Shown here one piece after another: positions 1-11,989 of a DNA stretch of 64,000 nucleotides. Numbering within the stretch: position 1 is the stretch's first letter; each line of letters begins with the position of its first letter. The notes under the pieces are model-generated. The model had not been told where the DNA came from and did no database searches. It saw nothing but the letters and a program-made list of their open reading frames with translations. This DNA is from the human T2T-CHM13v2.0 reference genome, Homo sapiens, in the NCBI RefSeq assembly GCF_009914755.1, contig NC_060935.1, one strand, 5' to 3'. The translations under genes were made by a program, and so were the position numbers.

Positions 1-80
1 TGGGCTAAGGCCTGGGAATCTGTGTTTCAACAATTCACCAGCTGATTCTGGTCTGGGGATTGCTGTTTGGGAGCCACTGG
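1..80. mobile_element. MER5A/MER5B-like hAT-Charlie MITE fragment
   Basis: ggcctgggaatctgtgtttcaacaa...gattctg...tttgggagccactgg resembles the MER5 terminus. Confidence 0.55.
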
Positions 81-3014
81 ACTCGGTGATCTCAAGAAGA
101 CCCTTCCAATCCTACAGGAACAAAAAGGCTTAAAATAGCGGAGAGGAATCCCAGCTCTGCCACTCTTGAGTGCTGTAACTTGTGTAAGTCTCTTGACGAC
201 TTTGACCTTGTTTCTTCATCTACAAGTAGGACATGCTGGGCCCGGCACTGGCACTCAGGTGTGTGCCACAGACACTGGGTTGCCTCCTGCCTGCCTGTCA
301 CTTTGCTCCCCTGCTTCCTGTCTCCAAGCTTCTTTTATTTTGTTATTTCCCCCTTAGCACCCAGAGAGGCCCCCCTACCTCCTTTCTCACCCACCCTGTC
401 CCAGGGCAAGCATTCTCCCCCAAAGTCACCAAGGTCTCCAGGGAAAGTGGGCCCAGCCCCTCCAGGGCACCCTGGCCTTTAGCCTGGCTCCCCTTCCCGA
501 ATCCCAAAGAGCTTTCCTGGGCAGACCAGCGCTGCTCAGAAAAGCAAGGACCAGCGGCTGCCCATGCCCAGCAGCCAGTGGCTCAGCTTTTGTGTTAGAA
601 TTGGGAATGAGACGAGAAACAAAGCCACAGATGTGGTGAGAGAACTGAACTGAACCAAATGGTGGGGTTGAGAGAGTGGAGGAGGTGTGAGGCTAAGCCT
701 CTCCAAAGCAATGCTCCTAGCTGAGTGACCTCCACACACGCCTCGTCATGCTGCCACCCCAGAGCAGGCCAGATCCATGACAGTGCAGGGCCCCCCAAGA
801 GCAGCCAGCCGTCCACCCAGGAGGTCTTAACATCCTGGCCTGCTGAAGCTTGAGATAGGCAGAAGGAAGGGCCATAAGACACAGAAAGGGATGTATGTGT
901 ACATTTCAATCTCACCCACCTAACCTAGCCTGGGAAGTGTTCAGTGGCAGAGGGGAAGACAGGAGGACATGTATGAGGCCTATTGTGACATTTGGGGTGG
1001 CACTGGAAACATGCTGACCCAGGGACCACCAGAGGAAGGTGCTGTCATGTTGCCGCACCAAGCGATCTTTTTCTAACAGAGACTCTGCTCAGAGTCTGTA
1101 GGTAGAGCTGAGGCCCAGAAGACAGGCACCCACAGCCCTGGGTGTCATCGTAGCCTCACACCACCAACCGAGGCAGGTCTGAGGCTGTATCACCTGGGCC
1201 TTCACCACTGGCCTGCGGAACGGGTTCTGAACAAAGCCACTTGCAAACAGCTATGCGTGGGCTGATGTTTGGGTCTGCAGGAGATGCCTCAAAAGGATGC
1301 CAGGACTGGCATGCTCATTCACTTTGGCCCATCTACCCACTAACCCTGCTCTGTGCCAATGTCCCCCACCTGTGACATTCCAGCAGAGCCAGGCCGAGAC
1401 AGCCCGTGTGCCCAGCTCAGTCTCCTGGCTTCCTGGCTCCACTTCTCCCCGCCTAGCCCTATGCTGCAGGTGCACATGTGTGTGCACACACACGGAGGCT
1501 ACCTGAAGCTCCCACCATCACAGTCACTTTAGAGGACCAGGCATTTTCTCCTAAAACACACATATCCCAATCCCATCCCCTTGGGGCCCTTTCCCTGAGG
1601 CACTCTCAAACACTGGAAGAGGGCTTAGGGGGCTTCCTCCTCAAACAAGGACCTTGGACAGGCCCCTTCCTTCCTCTGTGCCTGTGTCCCTATCTGCAAG
1701 GTGAGGGAGGACACTGAGGGGGTGGCTAATACTCTGTTGGCCCGGCATTCTGTCTACTACGGTTGGACGTTAACTTCTAGCCGCTCTGTGTAACTAGACG
1801 GGCGCTCCCCAGTCCTGTTTGTGTGTATGAGCCCTGCCTCCTGACCCACATCATGAGCCCTCCCTCAAGGAAGAACTGTGAGTCCCTCAGCGGCCCCCAT
1901 GCCAGAACCCGAACTCTGAACTCTGAGCTCCTGGCACATCCACATAGGGCTGCCCAAGACCCTCCTGCCCACCAGAACCACATCTTCCAGGGGTGCCCAG
2001 GCTTAAGCAGAGATATCCTTGGTTGAGACCAAATTTGAGGCCAAACCCACATAGAAGATAATCAATAAGAATGTCCTTTGCTTGTAGTCGAGGTGGGAAC
2101 CTGAATGCTCCGCCTTCTTGACACTTCTTTACCCCCTCCTCATCCTGAGGCCTCGAAGACATGTCTAAGAATTCCAGGGCTCTGTGGGGTAATTTGAAAA
2201 CCAACAATCTAGCCTCACCCCTTGGGAGAATGAGACTGAGCGTGGAAAGGACTTATTCACAGCCTTACAGTTAGTTAGAGGCAAAAACTGGGACTGGAAC
2301 TCGGTCACATTTCCTAAAACCTTGTCTGAGGCTCTGCAATTTCTCAGCTGCTGTGATGAGGATGATTGCCTCTTGTTCTGTCTAACCTCCCAAGTAAACT
2401 CCCTAGAATGAGTTTCATGGCCCCGTCCCATCTATATCTCTCAGTATGAAACCTGAGGCCACGCTGGGGTCAGAAGATGGGGGAAGCTGGAAACATCTTC
2501 TTCCTGGGCCAAACGAGGCTTCTGGAAGGAATCTGTGAGTCTGTTCCCCTCTCTACCTCAGCCCTTTCTGTCCAGGGGTGTGGGTGAGAGATGAAGGGAA
2601 AGAGTAATCAACCAGCTCCTCCTGGTCAGGAAGGCTGGGCAGGAAGGAATCCTCTGCTGTCCAGATCTGAGGTGTGCAGAAGCTCTTCAGGAAAGTGGAG
2701 TTCACTGCTTTGGAGGCCAGGAAGGTTTGCCCCAGGAAGGCCACCCACAGCAGGAAGCTGTGTACCTTAGGGAAGAGTGAGCCCCACATCTGTGGGGCAA
2801 AGGGCAGTGGCCACAGCTGGGCCCTTTGCCCAAATCACCTTCCCCAGGTATGCTACATCCACAAGCCTGCACTTGCCTCTGCTCCTCCCCATAGAAGTAC
2901 AGGCACAGTCACATAGAACTCATGCAAACACACTTACGTATCACATATATGAATACATGCAAACATCCACAAAGGCACAAAAACACCCACGTGCACATAA
3001 AATAAACACATATA

Positions 3015-3302
3015 CAGATGCTCCTCAACTTGTGATGGGGTTATTTACCAATAAACCCATTGTAAGTTGAAAATGTGATAGGTCAAAAATGCTTTTAATA
3101 CACCTAGCCTACCAAGCATCATAGCTTAACCTAGCTTACCTTAAACTTGTTCAGAGCACTTACATTAGCCGACAGTTTGGCAAAATCTTCTACTACAAAG
3201 CCTATTTTGTAATAAAGTGTTGGATTTTATGGAATACTGTACTGAAAGCATAGCACTTTCACATCATTGTAAATCAAACCATCCTAAGTCAGGGACTAGC
3301 TG
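3015..3302 (+). mobile_element. MER47A-like Tigger (TcMar) MITE, internally deleted
   Basis: cagatgctcctcaacttgtgatgggg ... taagtcagggactagctg terminal inverted repeats, TA on both sides (3013-14, 3303-04). Confidence 0.75.
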
Positions 3303-3629
3303 TACACGTACACGCCATCCACACACAAACTCCAAACTTCCCCAACGGTGTCCGCCTGCAGGAATATGTGTGTCCACACACAACCACACACGCAAAACAC
3401 AGGGCCCAGCTGGGAGAAGGATAAAGGAGGCTGTGGAGGAAGTCAAGAGACCAGCTGGGGATCAGCTAGAACAAGAAGCCACTGTACGACAATAAAAACT
3501 ACAAAGACAGCAAGAAGGACCTTTCAGTGGGCCCCAAAATTCTCTCCTTCTAGTATCTTTCCTCACCCACAACCCATTCCCCAGGGGCCAGTCCGACTCA
3601 GGTTGGAGGAATTATCTCTTCTTCAAAGC

Positions 3630-3702
3630 AAAAAAAAAAAAATAAAAGAAGAAGAAGAGGAGGAAGAAGAGGAAGAGGGAGAAGGAGAAGAAGAAGAAAG
3701 AA
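3630..3702. repeat. A-run plus (GAA/GGA)n purine tract
   Basis: Seen directly. Confidence 0.9.
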
Positions 3703-4065
3703 ACACCTCAGCCAGGCACAGAGCCCAGAAGTGAGGTCTATGCAGTTGGGTCATACTCTCTAACCTGACTCGAATTTATCCTATGACTTTGGTCAGGCCC
3801 TCAACCTTTTCTGAGTCTCCATCCGCTCATCTAGAAAATGTCCCTGTCTCCTGAGACCTTAGGGGATTGGGGAGCAACCTCTGATCCCCAGCTGGGATTA
3901 GGGGGGACAGGGGGCATGAGGGGAAATAAATGTTTTCTAAAAGAGCCAAGGACAGTAGAAACTTAAGCCCCAAACCCGAGGAAGCCCGAGTGGAGAAGAT
4001 GAAGTTCGGAGGGGTGGGTTGAGAGAGGAGAGGCCTGGAGGGGCAGGAGGGGCCCCAGCACTTAC

Positions 4066-4869
4066 CTCCTTCTCGGCCTTGGCCTCCTCCACTGTCACGG
4101 TGCTATGATTCTTGTGCTCCTGGAACATGCAAAGGTAGCAGATGCAGGTCTGGTCGGTCTGGCAGAAGAGCTCCATCGTCTTGCCATGCACGGGACACTT
4201 GCGGGCCTCAAAGTCCCGGATGGGCTCGAGCAGCTGGTGGTCTCGGAAGGCGGCGCCCTCCAGGTGGGGCTTGAGATGCAGCTCGCAGAAGGAGGCCTGG
4301 CACACCAGGCAGGACTTGACCGCCTTCTGCTTGTTGCCGATGCAGGAGTCGCACAGCACCTCCTCGGAGCCGGACTTGGACCGTGAAAAAAGGCCCGTGT
4401 CGGCCCGGGGGTAGCTGTTCCGCCGGGTCTCCCCGGGCTCCATGATGGACACCGTGGGCTTCCGGGACTCCGAGAAAATGGACTTGCGCAGCTCGCCCTT
4501 TTCGGCAAAGGTAACGGGTGGCTTCTTGGCAGCCCCCAGCTGGAGCCCTGCGTACGGCGACCTCTTGCCTTCCATAGAGTCCATGCTGAAGTAGTTGGAG
4601 TTCTTGTCGTCCCCGGACTCGACAAACTGGATGATGGGTCGCCGCCACTCATTGCCCGCGAACAGGGCGCTCCTACCTTCCCCTGGCTTCAGGGCGCTGC
4701 CCAGGCTCTTGCCCTCAGCTGCCTCCCCGCCGTGCCCGTTGGTGGTCTTGGCATCCTTGCCGTCAGCCTTGGTGCCATTCTCCAGGCTGCCACTGGGGCC
4801 CGACGGGCTCCGGGCATCCCTGGCTTCTGGGCTCGACCCGTTGCTCCTGGAGGCATCTGCAGCTTCCAT
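4066..4869 (-). CDS. TRIM29: TRIM29 (ATDC) coding exon 1: disordered N-terminus, B-box 1, B-box 2, start of coiled coil; no RING
   Basis: ORF MEAADASRSNGSSPEARD...; CDSC...CLVCQASFCELH...H and CPVH...FCQTDQTCICYLC...H..H B-box patterns; Kozak gcgATGg; 804 nt (268 codons, phase 0) ending AEKE|GTAAGT. The ORF-track extension to 3937 is intronic read-through. Confidence 0.97.
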
Positions 4870-4970
4870 CGCAGGGTGCTTGGCTGAGCTGTTTCAGGCT
4901 TGCTGGGGTTCAGGATAGGTGACCTTTCTGGCAGGCGTCTCGGCAGGGAGTGGGGCAGGCAACCACGAGG
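4070..4970. promoter_or_regulatory. TRIM29: CpG-rich island over TRIM29 exon 1
   Basis: High GC and many retained CpGs compared with CpG-depleted flanks. Confidence 0.7.
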
Positions 4971-5300
4971 ACTAGAGACACACCTGTGAGGAGGAGGAGG
5001 GGGAGGAGGCGGAGGAGGAGGAGGGGGAGGAGTGGAGGGGAGGAGCAACAGGCACAAGCCTGACACAGCGGCCCGGGAGAAGCAGGCAGCCCCGCAGCCA
5101 GCAGAGCAGATAATTGCACAGGAACCACGCCCTGCACATTCATCCCTAACCTGATTTTTAAAAGAAGTGTTTTTTCTCCCCCAGCTTATTTTCCACAACT
5201 CAGCAACCAGTTGGGCTGCTTCCCTCTGACGCACTTGCTTCTCATCCGGGGAGCGGGGAGTCTCCGTCTTCACAGGTGGGCAGGCTTCACTGAGCCCAGA
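4870..5300 (-). promoter_or_regulatory. TRIM29: TRIM29 5'UTR and proximal promoter (TSS probably ~4990)
   Basis: Directly upstream of ATG; (CCT)n/(GGA)n tract 4988-5045; E-box cacctg 4981-4986; NBRE-like tgaccttt 4920-4927; GRHL-like aaccagtt 5205-5212; CRE-like tgacgca ~5228; no TATA box seen. TSS position is from memory of the mRNA. Confidence 0.7.
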
Positions 5301-5489
5301 GGCCCCTGGGGCAGAAGGTGAGGTGTCTGCAGAGGCCTACCAGACACAGGGCTGTTAACTGGGTCACACAAGCCAAATAGCCTTGTAATTTGCAGGCCTG
5401 AGTTTCAGAGGAAAGATTGTCCACCCTGGGACTGTATCGCTGCTTTTCACCTTAAGGGGGAAGGATGGGTTCCATTTGATTTGGCTACT

Positions 5490-5670
5490 GAGTATTGAAC
5501 CCTACTTGCCAACCTCCAGGCACTTTCCTAGGTATTGCATATATTACGAGCTCATTCAGGCTTCCCTAAAACCTGTTCAATTACCCCTTTTTAACAGATG
5601 AGAAAACAGGCTTTAAGAAGATAACTCACTGGCCTAAGTCAAGTGGCCGAGCTGGGATTTGAACCCTAAG
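5490..5670 (-). mobile_element. MIR SINE
   Basis: cagatgagaaaacaggc...gagctgggatttgaaccc core. Confidence 0.6.
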
Positions 5671-6994
5671 CCTTTGAGAAGCCAAAGTCCCTTCTTCAGC
5701 TGGGTGGTCATGGAGTCACCTGAATATCTCATCAGAAGATGGCTTCTGAGAGTCTGTCCTATCCCAATGGCCCCAACAAGATACATATAGACCTTAGATT
5801 ATTGCTACCTGCGTGGATTCAAATGACCAAGGCACAACAATGAGGGGAATCCAAGCAATGCCAGCCCAGGTGGTTGGGTCCTCAGGGCCCAAACACTTGA
5901 CTCTCACCTGTCTCCACACTTGGTCTGCTGTGTGACTCAGAAAACACCTGCCCATCCTCTCTGGGCCAGGCCACAGGCAATGCCCTCCAAAAAGAGGTCA
6001 GCAAAGTGTGAGATTCAGATAATCTCAGAAGTCACCTGTTCAAATATGACTATCATATAAATACAGACCTCAGGAAGAAAAGTGAGAAAAACAAACTTCA
6101 TCCCCTTCCTCTCCGTGGCCCCTGCGGAACACCAGGACCCTTAGCTCTTGTAGGACATGCCCCCCAGCCACTTCTGGGCTCTGACCCATTGACCTGGTCC
6201 TAGGAAGCCTCCAAACCCCTAAGGAAAGGGCCGTGCCTCTCCAAGGCCAGGCTGGGCAGGGCAGAGCAGACAGTAGGTGAGGCTGGCGTGGCAGGTTCTG
6301 GGCTGTGTGGAGGGGAATGGGTTTCCCTTCCTTCCCCTCCAATCCATGTCAAGCTAGGAAGCCCCCGCCCCTTTGCCTCACCAGGCTGAGCAGCTAATCC
6401 TTTGCAAAAACAGCCCCTGGGAACAAGGGCAGAGACAAGCCCACCTCACAAAGCAGTTCACTTATGAGAGGATGTATGTGAGGTGGTGTTGGCGTGGGGA
6501 GTGCTGGCTTCATGACGGGGATTCTCCTCTTGCCTGAGGTCTCTGTCTGTGGGCCCCAAAGGAGCCCCCTCTTGTTTGAACTCACTGGTGAATTGGCTAA
6601 GAGCTTGTTGGGCCTTCTGGGGAGGGGGACACTTACTCAAAATGCCAGGCCCAATTTCTCTGGGCTCTTGCCTGAGGTACGGAGGGAGAAGGAGAGAAGG
6701 AAGTCCTGTCCTGGCCTGCTGGATTGGGACATGCCCCTCCCCTTTCCCTAATAATATTTCCCTAACCTGGAGAGAACAGGCGGTGAGGAGAAAAGAACAG
6801 AGAGGACACAAAGAAACAGAAGAGGAAAGTCATTGGGTTCTGGCTACAGTCCAACATCAATGCTGGATGAGCCTGGGGCACCCTGGAGGGCCTCCGCTAG
6901 TTCTTACAGTTCATGCACCCATCTTCCAGAAATCTGGGGAAAGATTCTGAACCTTAGGAATAGGCTGACACAGAGTAAATGTTCAGAGAATATT

Positions 6995-7260
6995 TGTGGG
7001 TGGGTGGATGGACAGACGGATGGATGGATGGATGGATGGATGGATGGATGGATGAATGCATGGAAGAAGTTAAAGCTAGATGAATGTGAATTGGGAAATA
7101 AATGAACAGATGGATAAGATGTGTAGATAATGGATAAGTGGGTGGTTGGATGATGAACAAATGGATGAATGGATGGATGGGTAGATGGATGGGTAAATGA
7201 AATAAGTAAAAACTAGATGAATATGAATAAGGAAATGGGTGGATGGATGGATGGACAGAT
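6995..7260. repeat. (GGAT/TGGA)n microsatellite with degenerate extension
   Basis: Seen directly. Confidence 0.9.
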
Positions 7261-7824
7261 AGTTGAAGAAATGGGTAAAAGAATTTTTAAAAGAATGGAA
7301 GAAGAGAGAAAGAAAGGGTGATACATGGGAAGGAGAGAGGAAAGAGAAGGGAAGAGTAAGGAAGGAAGGAGACAGATAGGCAGTAAGTAGGTGAGTGAGT
7401 GGATTGCAAGGTATGCTGATAAAAGTTTAGCAACGGACTCTTCCAGGCACAAAAGCACTGGTTTGTAGCATTTGAAAATTTCACCCTAGTCAGTCTCAAG
7501 CTACCAATGTGAAGAGCACTGGAAAGAGATGCACACAGTCAGCTCTCCCAAGCCAGTGAGCCTGCTCCAACGCATCGCTGGAGGACTAGTGCATGATCAA
7601 AGTGGAAGACATAAGAGGGAGGATAGAAAGATGGATGCTGGAGGATGTCAGGGGAACAGGTTCAAGTGATTCAAGGCAAAGGGAAGATGAGGCAAATTTC
7701 TCTCTTCCAAGAGGCTTTCCCTAACCCAAGCCCAGTGACCACTGCCCCCATTCAACCCCTGTAACATCTATCCCTGCCTGTCCTACTCGGGAAGCATTTA
7801 GCTCAGCCCACCTGGTGTTGTTAA

Positions 7825-7975
7825 TTATTCATTCATTCACACATACTTGTTGAGCATCCTACCATGGGCCAGGGTTAGGCAAGGGACTGATCATACGGAC
7901 AGGAAGGAGTCCCAGATCATGCCCTTGGGGAGTTCATAGTTTAGTGGGAGGAGAGATCAGTAAGCAAATCACTTG
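7825..7975 (-). mobile_element. L2 LINE 3' fragment
   Basis: attcattcattcac...ttgttgagcatcctaccatgggccagg...gccctTggggagttcatagtttagtggg. Confidence 0.6.
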
Positions 7976-9560
7976 GATTTGGCATGAACAGTGAATGAGA
8001 TAAATGTGTGTGAGGGGCTTGGGCTGCTCAGAGGAGGGAGGAACCAGCATGTGCTGAGAGAGGCTGGTCTCTCCAACCAGGATGAGCATGGCTCGCTTTC
8101 CATGCACATAAGTGGCCTCCCTGGCTACACAGAGACAGTGTTTGACTTGACTCAGCAGATATTTATTCAGCTGAATTCTCAGTGGGTGCTGGTTGACTGG
8201 TCTTTTGGTTCTCCTAGGCCAGGGTGCAGGGCCCCTCTTCCCTTGAGGGACTGCTCTACCCAAATGCCTAGCAGAAGGTAGAGTCTCCTGGAGATCCCAG
8301 AAGCCAAGAGCTGAAAAGAAGCAAACAATTGTCCCTTCAGGGCTGGTCCCCAAGCCCTCGTCCCACCACCCCAACATCCCTCCTGGAGCTGAACCAAAGA
8401 AGAGGATTCCCACCCCTGGAGGTCTGAGGTCTGGATGGGCACTGCACACCTCATAGGAAGGTGATCGCTCCCCAAGCTCCCCAGGCCCTCACTCAGGACC
8501 TGACTACAGGCAACCCCGTCTGCTGAGGTCCTGCCCCTCTCCAGCCTCAAACTCAGTTGCACAGGTTCCATAAAGGGCATTTCCTAATGGCCCTCAGAGC
8601 CTATGTGTCCTGTGCAACTTGGCAAAAAGCCCCCGAAGACCATCATCTGCACTGCTGTGGCAGAGAGGCCTCTTCACTTTTAAAGGCCTTGAAAGAAAGG
8701 GAGCCCGTGAAGTCCCCCACCCCAGTCACTCCTCCCACATCTCACCCTGTTCTCCCTCTGGTCTAGCTTAAAGTCTTCCTGCTGCAATGTTTCTCCCTAT
8801 ACCAGGTGGTGGTGAGATGTGACTGGCTGCCAGCCCCTGCCTCATCCCTTGCAAGCTTTAGAAGGTAAGAAGAGCTGGCAGGTGTGGCTTCCAGAGAAGG
8901 ATTCCTATGGAGCAGAGGCAACTTCTACCTCTTCCTGCTTGGCCCTGTCAGACCAGGCATGCCTGAAAGCCCCCACAGAGTCCCTCCTCCCACACGCACC
9001 CGTGGGCCAACCCCAAGCCTCCTCCCAGGCTTCTCCCATGAGGCACCTCAAAGCTGTTCCCTTCCTGGCAGCCTCCCTTGATTCAGCAGGTGGAGCCACC
9101 TTCACTTACCTACTGTGTGGCCTGGGAACACCTGATTCTGTCACCAATCATCTTTAGATGAAAGAGGAAACCCCTTAAAAGGAGAAAACTTCTCAGGCTT
9201 CCTTGGAGTCCCAGGGTTGGGAGGGAGTGGTCAACCGGTCCATCCCCTTGCCCCTGGGCAAGGCTATATCAAGAAAGTCTTTGATGTATCTTTTAAAGAA
9301 CTATATATTATTTAAAAGGCCGGCAAGAAAAAAGATTTCATAGCTTCCCTCAGCCATTCATTTCAAGCTTTAGGACTGCTTGCTGCAGGAAGTTCTTCTT
9401 TCGGTCTAACATAAATACTCTATAAATGAAAGTGTACTGTTCAATTGGAGTTAAGGAACTGAGCCTCTGGCCCTGCAAAAGGGAAGCTGTGAGGTAATTG
9501 TTTCTGTGAGGGGAAGAGTCTGATCCAGTCTTAATGCTTACATGGTTCTTTTGACTTCTT

Positions 9561-9855
9561 TTTTTTTTTTTTTTTTTTGAGACAGGGTCTCACTCTATTG
9601 CCCTGGCTGGAATGCCTTGGTGTGATCTCTCACTGCAACCTCCGCCTCCCAGGTTCAAGCTATTCTCCCACCTCAGCCTCCCAGTGCCTGGGACTACAGG
9701 CCTGTGCCACCACGCCCAGCTAATTTTTGTATTTTTTGGTAGAGACGGGTTTCACTATGTTGGCCAGGCTGGTCTTGAACCCCTGACCTCAAGTGATCCA
9801 CTGGCCTTGGCCTCCCAAAGTGCTGGGATCAAGGCATGAGCCACCGTGCCCCGTC
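9561..9855 (-). mobile_element. Alu (AluJ/S), full length
   Basis: Poly-T, both arms; 14-bp TSD tcttttgacttctt at 9547-9560 and 9856-9869. Confidence 0.95.
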
Positions 9856-10336
9856 TCTTTTGACTTCTTGGTGCCCTTGTCCTCTTTTCGTACCTCTAGC
9901 TGTAGACAGCAGCAAAAAGCCTATGGCGGTTCAAAACTTTATAGCAATAATAAAATTTCTAAAGTCTAATTTTCTCATGCCTGTTATCCTAATACAACAG
10001 AATTTGTCCTGAAATTGGAAGGATTTAGATTATATATTAGGAAGAACTCTATAGATGGAGCAGTACTGTTTCTGTGATCATAAATTCCTTTCTTGGAAGC
10101 CCTTCAAAAACAGGACTGATTTCTACCTGCCCGGAGGGTTTCAGGTACCCTACCTGGGAGGGGAGGGGAAGTAAAAGGAAAAGACATTTGTGGCACCTCT
10201 CCAGGGGGCTGGGCATGGTCCCAGCCCTAGTGTACAGAGAATAAGAAGATACTGTCCTCACCCTCAAGGGCTGTTAGTTCACTGGGTCCCTTAGGATTCA
10301 AGCAACAGTCCTCTTGCTCCTACCCTTGGCTCCTTC

Positions 10337-10815
10337 TAAGGTAGGAGACCACCCCTCATATTGTCTTATGCCCAATTTCTGCCTCCAAAGAAAGAAAAAG
10401 TAAAAACTAAAAGGCAGAAATGAAATCCACAAGCAGACAGCCCGGCGCCACACCGTGGGCCTGGTAGTTAAAGACATAACCTAATCGGTTAGATAACATA
10501 ACCTAATTGGTTATGTTATCTATAGATTACAGACATTGTATAGAAAAGCACTGTGAAAATCCCTGTCCTGTTCTGTTCCATTCTAATTACCGGTGCATGC
10601 ATCCCCCAGTCACGTACACCCTGCTTGCTCAATCGATCACGACCCTTTCACGCAGACCCCCTTAGAGTTGTAAGCCCTTAAAAGGGACCGGAATTGCTCA
10701 CTCGGGGAGCGTGGTTGTTGGAGATGTGAGTCTTGCTGAAGCTCCCAGCCAAATAAAGCCCTTCCTTCTTTAACTCGGTGCCTGAGGGGTTTTGTCTGCG
10801 GCTTGTCCTGCTATA
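10337..10815 (+). mobile_element. Solo LTR2 (HERV-E/Harlequin, ERV1)
   Basis: taaggtaggagaccacccctcatattgtcttatgcc ... aataaa ... gcttgtcctgctata; 4-bp TSD cttc (10333-36, 10816-19). Confidence 0.85.
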
Positions 10816-11082
10816 CTTCCAAGGCTTTTATCCCCTGAGAAGACACTGGGTCCTAACTGTAGCTCTCAATTGAGCAGCATCAAGACAGGGCATCCCCAGG
10901 GGAAGGTGATCAGGTCTGAGTCTGGTAGTACAAATTGACCTAGGACTCTTGCATAATGGGGAGGTCCTCAAGTCCCCTGGCAGCTTCCCAACACTGGCTT
11001 AGGACTCTGTGGAAAATGCCCATTGGATCAGATGCCTTGGGGGCCCTGTGCCCCCCCACCCATCAACACCCATAAACAATGC

Positions 11083-11453
11083 TGTGATGGGTACTTGCCT
11101 GTGTCAAGTTGGCTAAGCTACAGCACCCAGTCATTTAATCAAACACTAATCTGGGTGTTGCTGTGAGAATAAAGTCACCTACAGTCCGTTGACTTTAAAT
11201 AAAGGAGATTATCCTCAATAATGTGGGTGTACTGCATTTGATCAGTGGGAAGGCCCTAAGGGTTAAAAACCGAGGTTTCTCAGAGAAAAAGAAGTTCTGC
11301 CCCAAGATTGCAGTATCAACTCCTGCCTGCCCTCTGGATTTCCGACTTGTCATCCCCAACAATCTCATGAGCCAATTCCTGGAAACAAATCTCTTCATAT
11401 AACTATAGGTCCTATTGGCTCTGTCTCTCTGCGGGATCCTGAGTCCTGCTACA
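11083..11453 (+). mobile_element. MLT2 (ERVL) solo LTR
   Basis: tgtgatgg...ttgactttaaataaaggagattatcctcaataatgtgggtg...gagccaattcct...cctattggctctgtctctctg. Confidence 0.75.
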
Positions 11454-11584
11454 GCCCAGCTCTGGATGCCCAGAACTTTGTCAGGGTTTCTCCGTGGGAG
11501 AAGAACTTCACCCGGGGCCTGAGGGACTGGCTGGCTGTGGGTGCAGCCAGACCTGGGGCGGAAGAGCCCCAGAACTTTCTTGAT

Positions 11585-11760
11585 ATGTGAATTTGGGCAA
11601 GTTACTTAATCTCCCTGAGCCAGTCTCCTTGCCTACGAAATGAGGCTGATCCTAGCACCCTGGCAGGACCGTTGGGGGATTAGGGAAGGTGAGAAATTGT
11701 GAAAATGCCGAGACTGTGCCTGGCTCCCAAGAACTATTCAGTACATTTTTGTTGAATATT
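11585..11760 (+). mobile_element. MIR SINE
   Basis: tgtgaatttgggcaagttacttaatctccctgagcc core. Confidence 0.6.
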
Positions 11761-11989
11761 TCACTTTGAGGGAAAATGAGCAGGATTTTCTCTGCTGGAG
11801 AAGGACTGGAGACAGCCTGGTGAAGAGGAATTGCCAGGGCTTTCTTCCTGCTCCAGAAGCTGGGGCGGGCAAGGCTTCTAACCGTCTGCTCCTGGCTCTC
11901 CTCCATGTCATCTCCCAGGTACCTTCCAGCCCTGAAATTCTATGATTATAGGGTTGCATCCTAAAATGCAGAGAAGGGCAGTAAAAATA

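Larger units (their letters stand above)
1..4065 (-). other. TRIM29: TRIM29 intron 1 (continues beyond the window start)
   Basis: Begins at GTAAGT donor (acttac on + strand, 4060-4065); no further TRIM29 coding exon recognised in the window. Confidence 0.85.

Noticed and set aside
3937-4065. C-terminal 42 aa of the 310-aa ORF (VSAGAPPAPP...)
   Set aside because: Read-through past the GTAAGT donor into intron 1; not TRIM29 protein
4612-4626. VESGD as a KEAP1-binding ETGE-like motif
   Set aside because: Lacks the terminal Glu of ETGE/ESGE; match too weak
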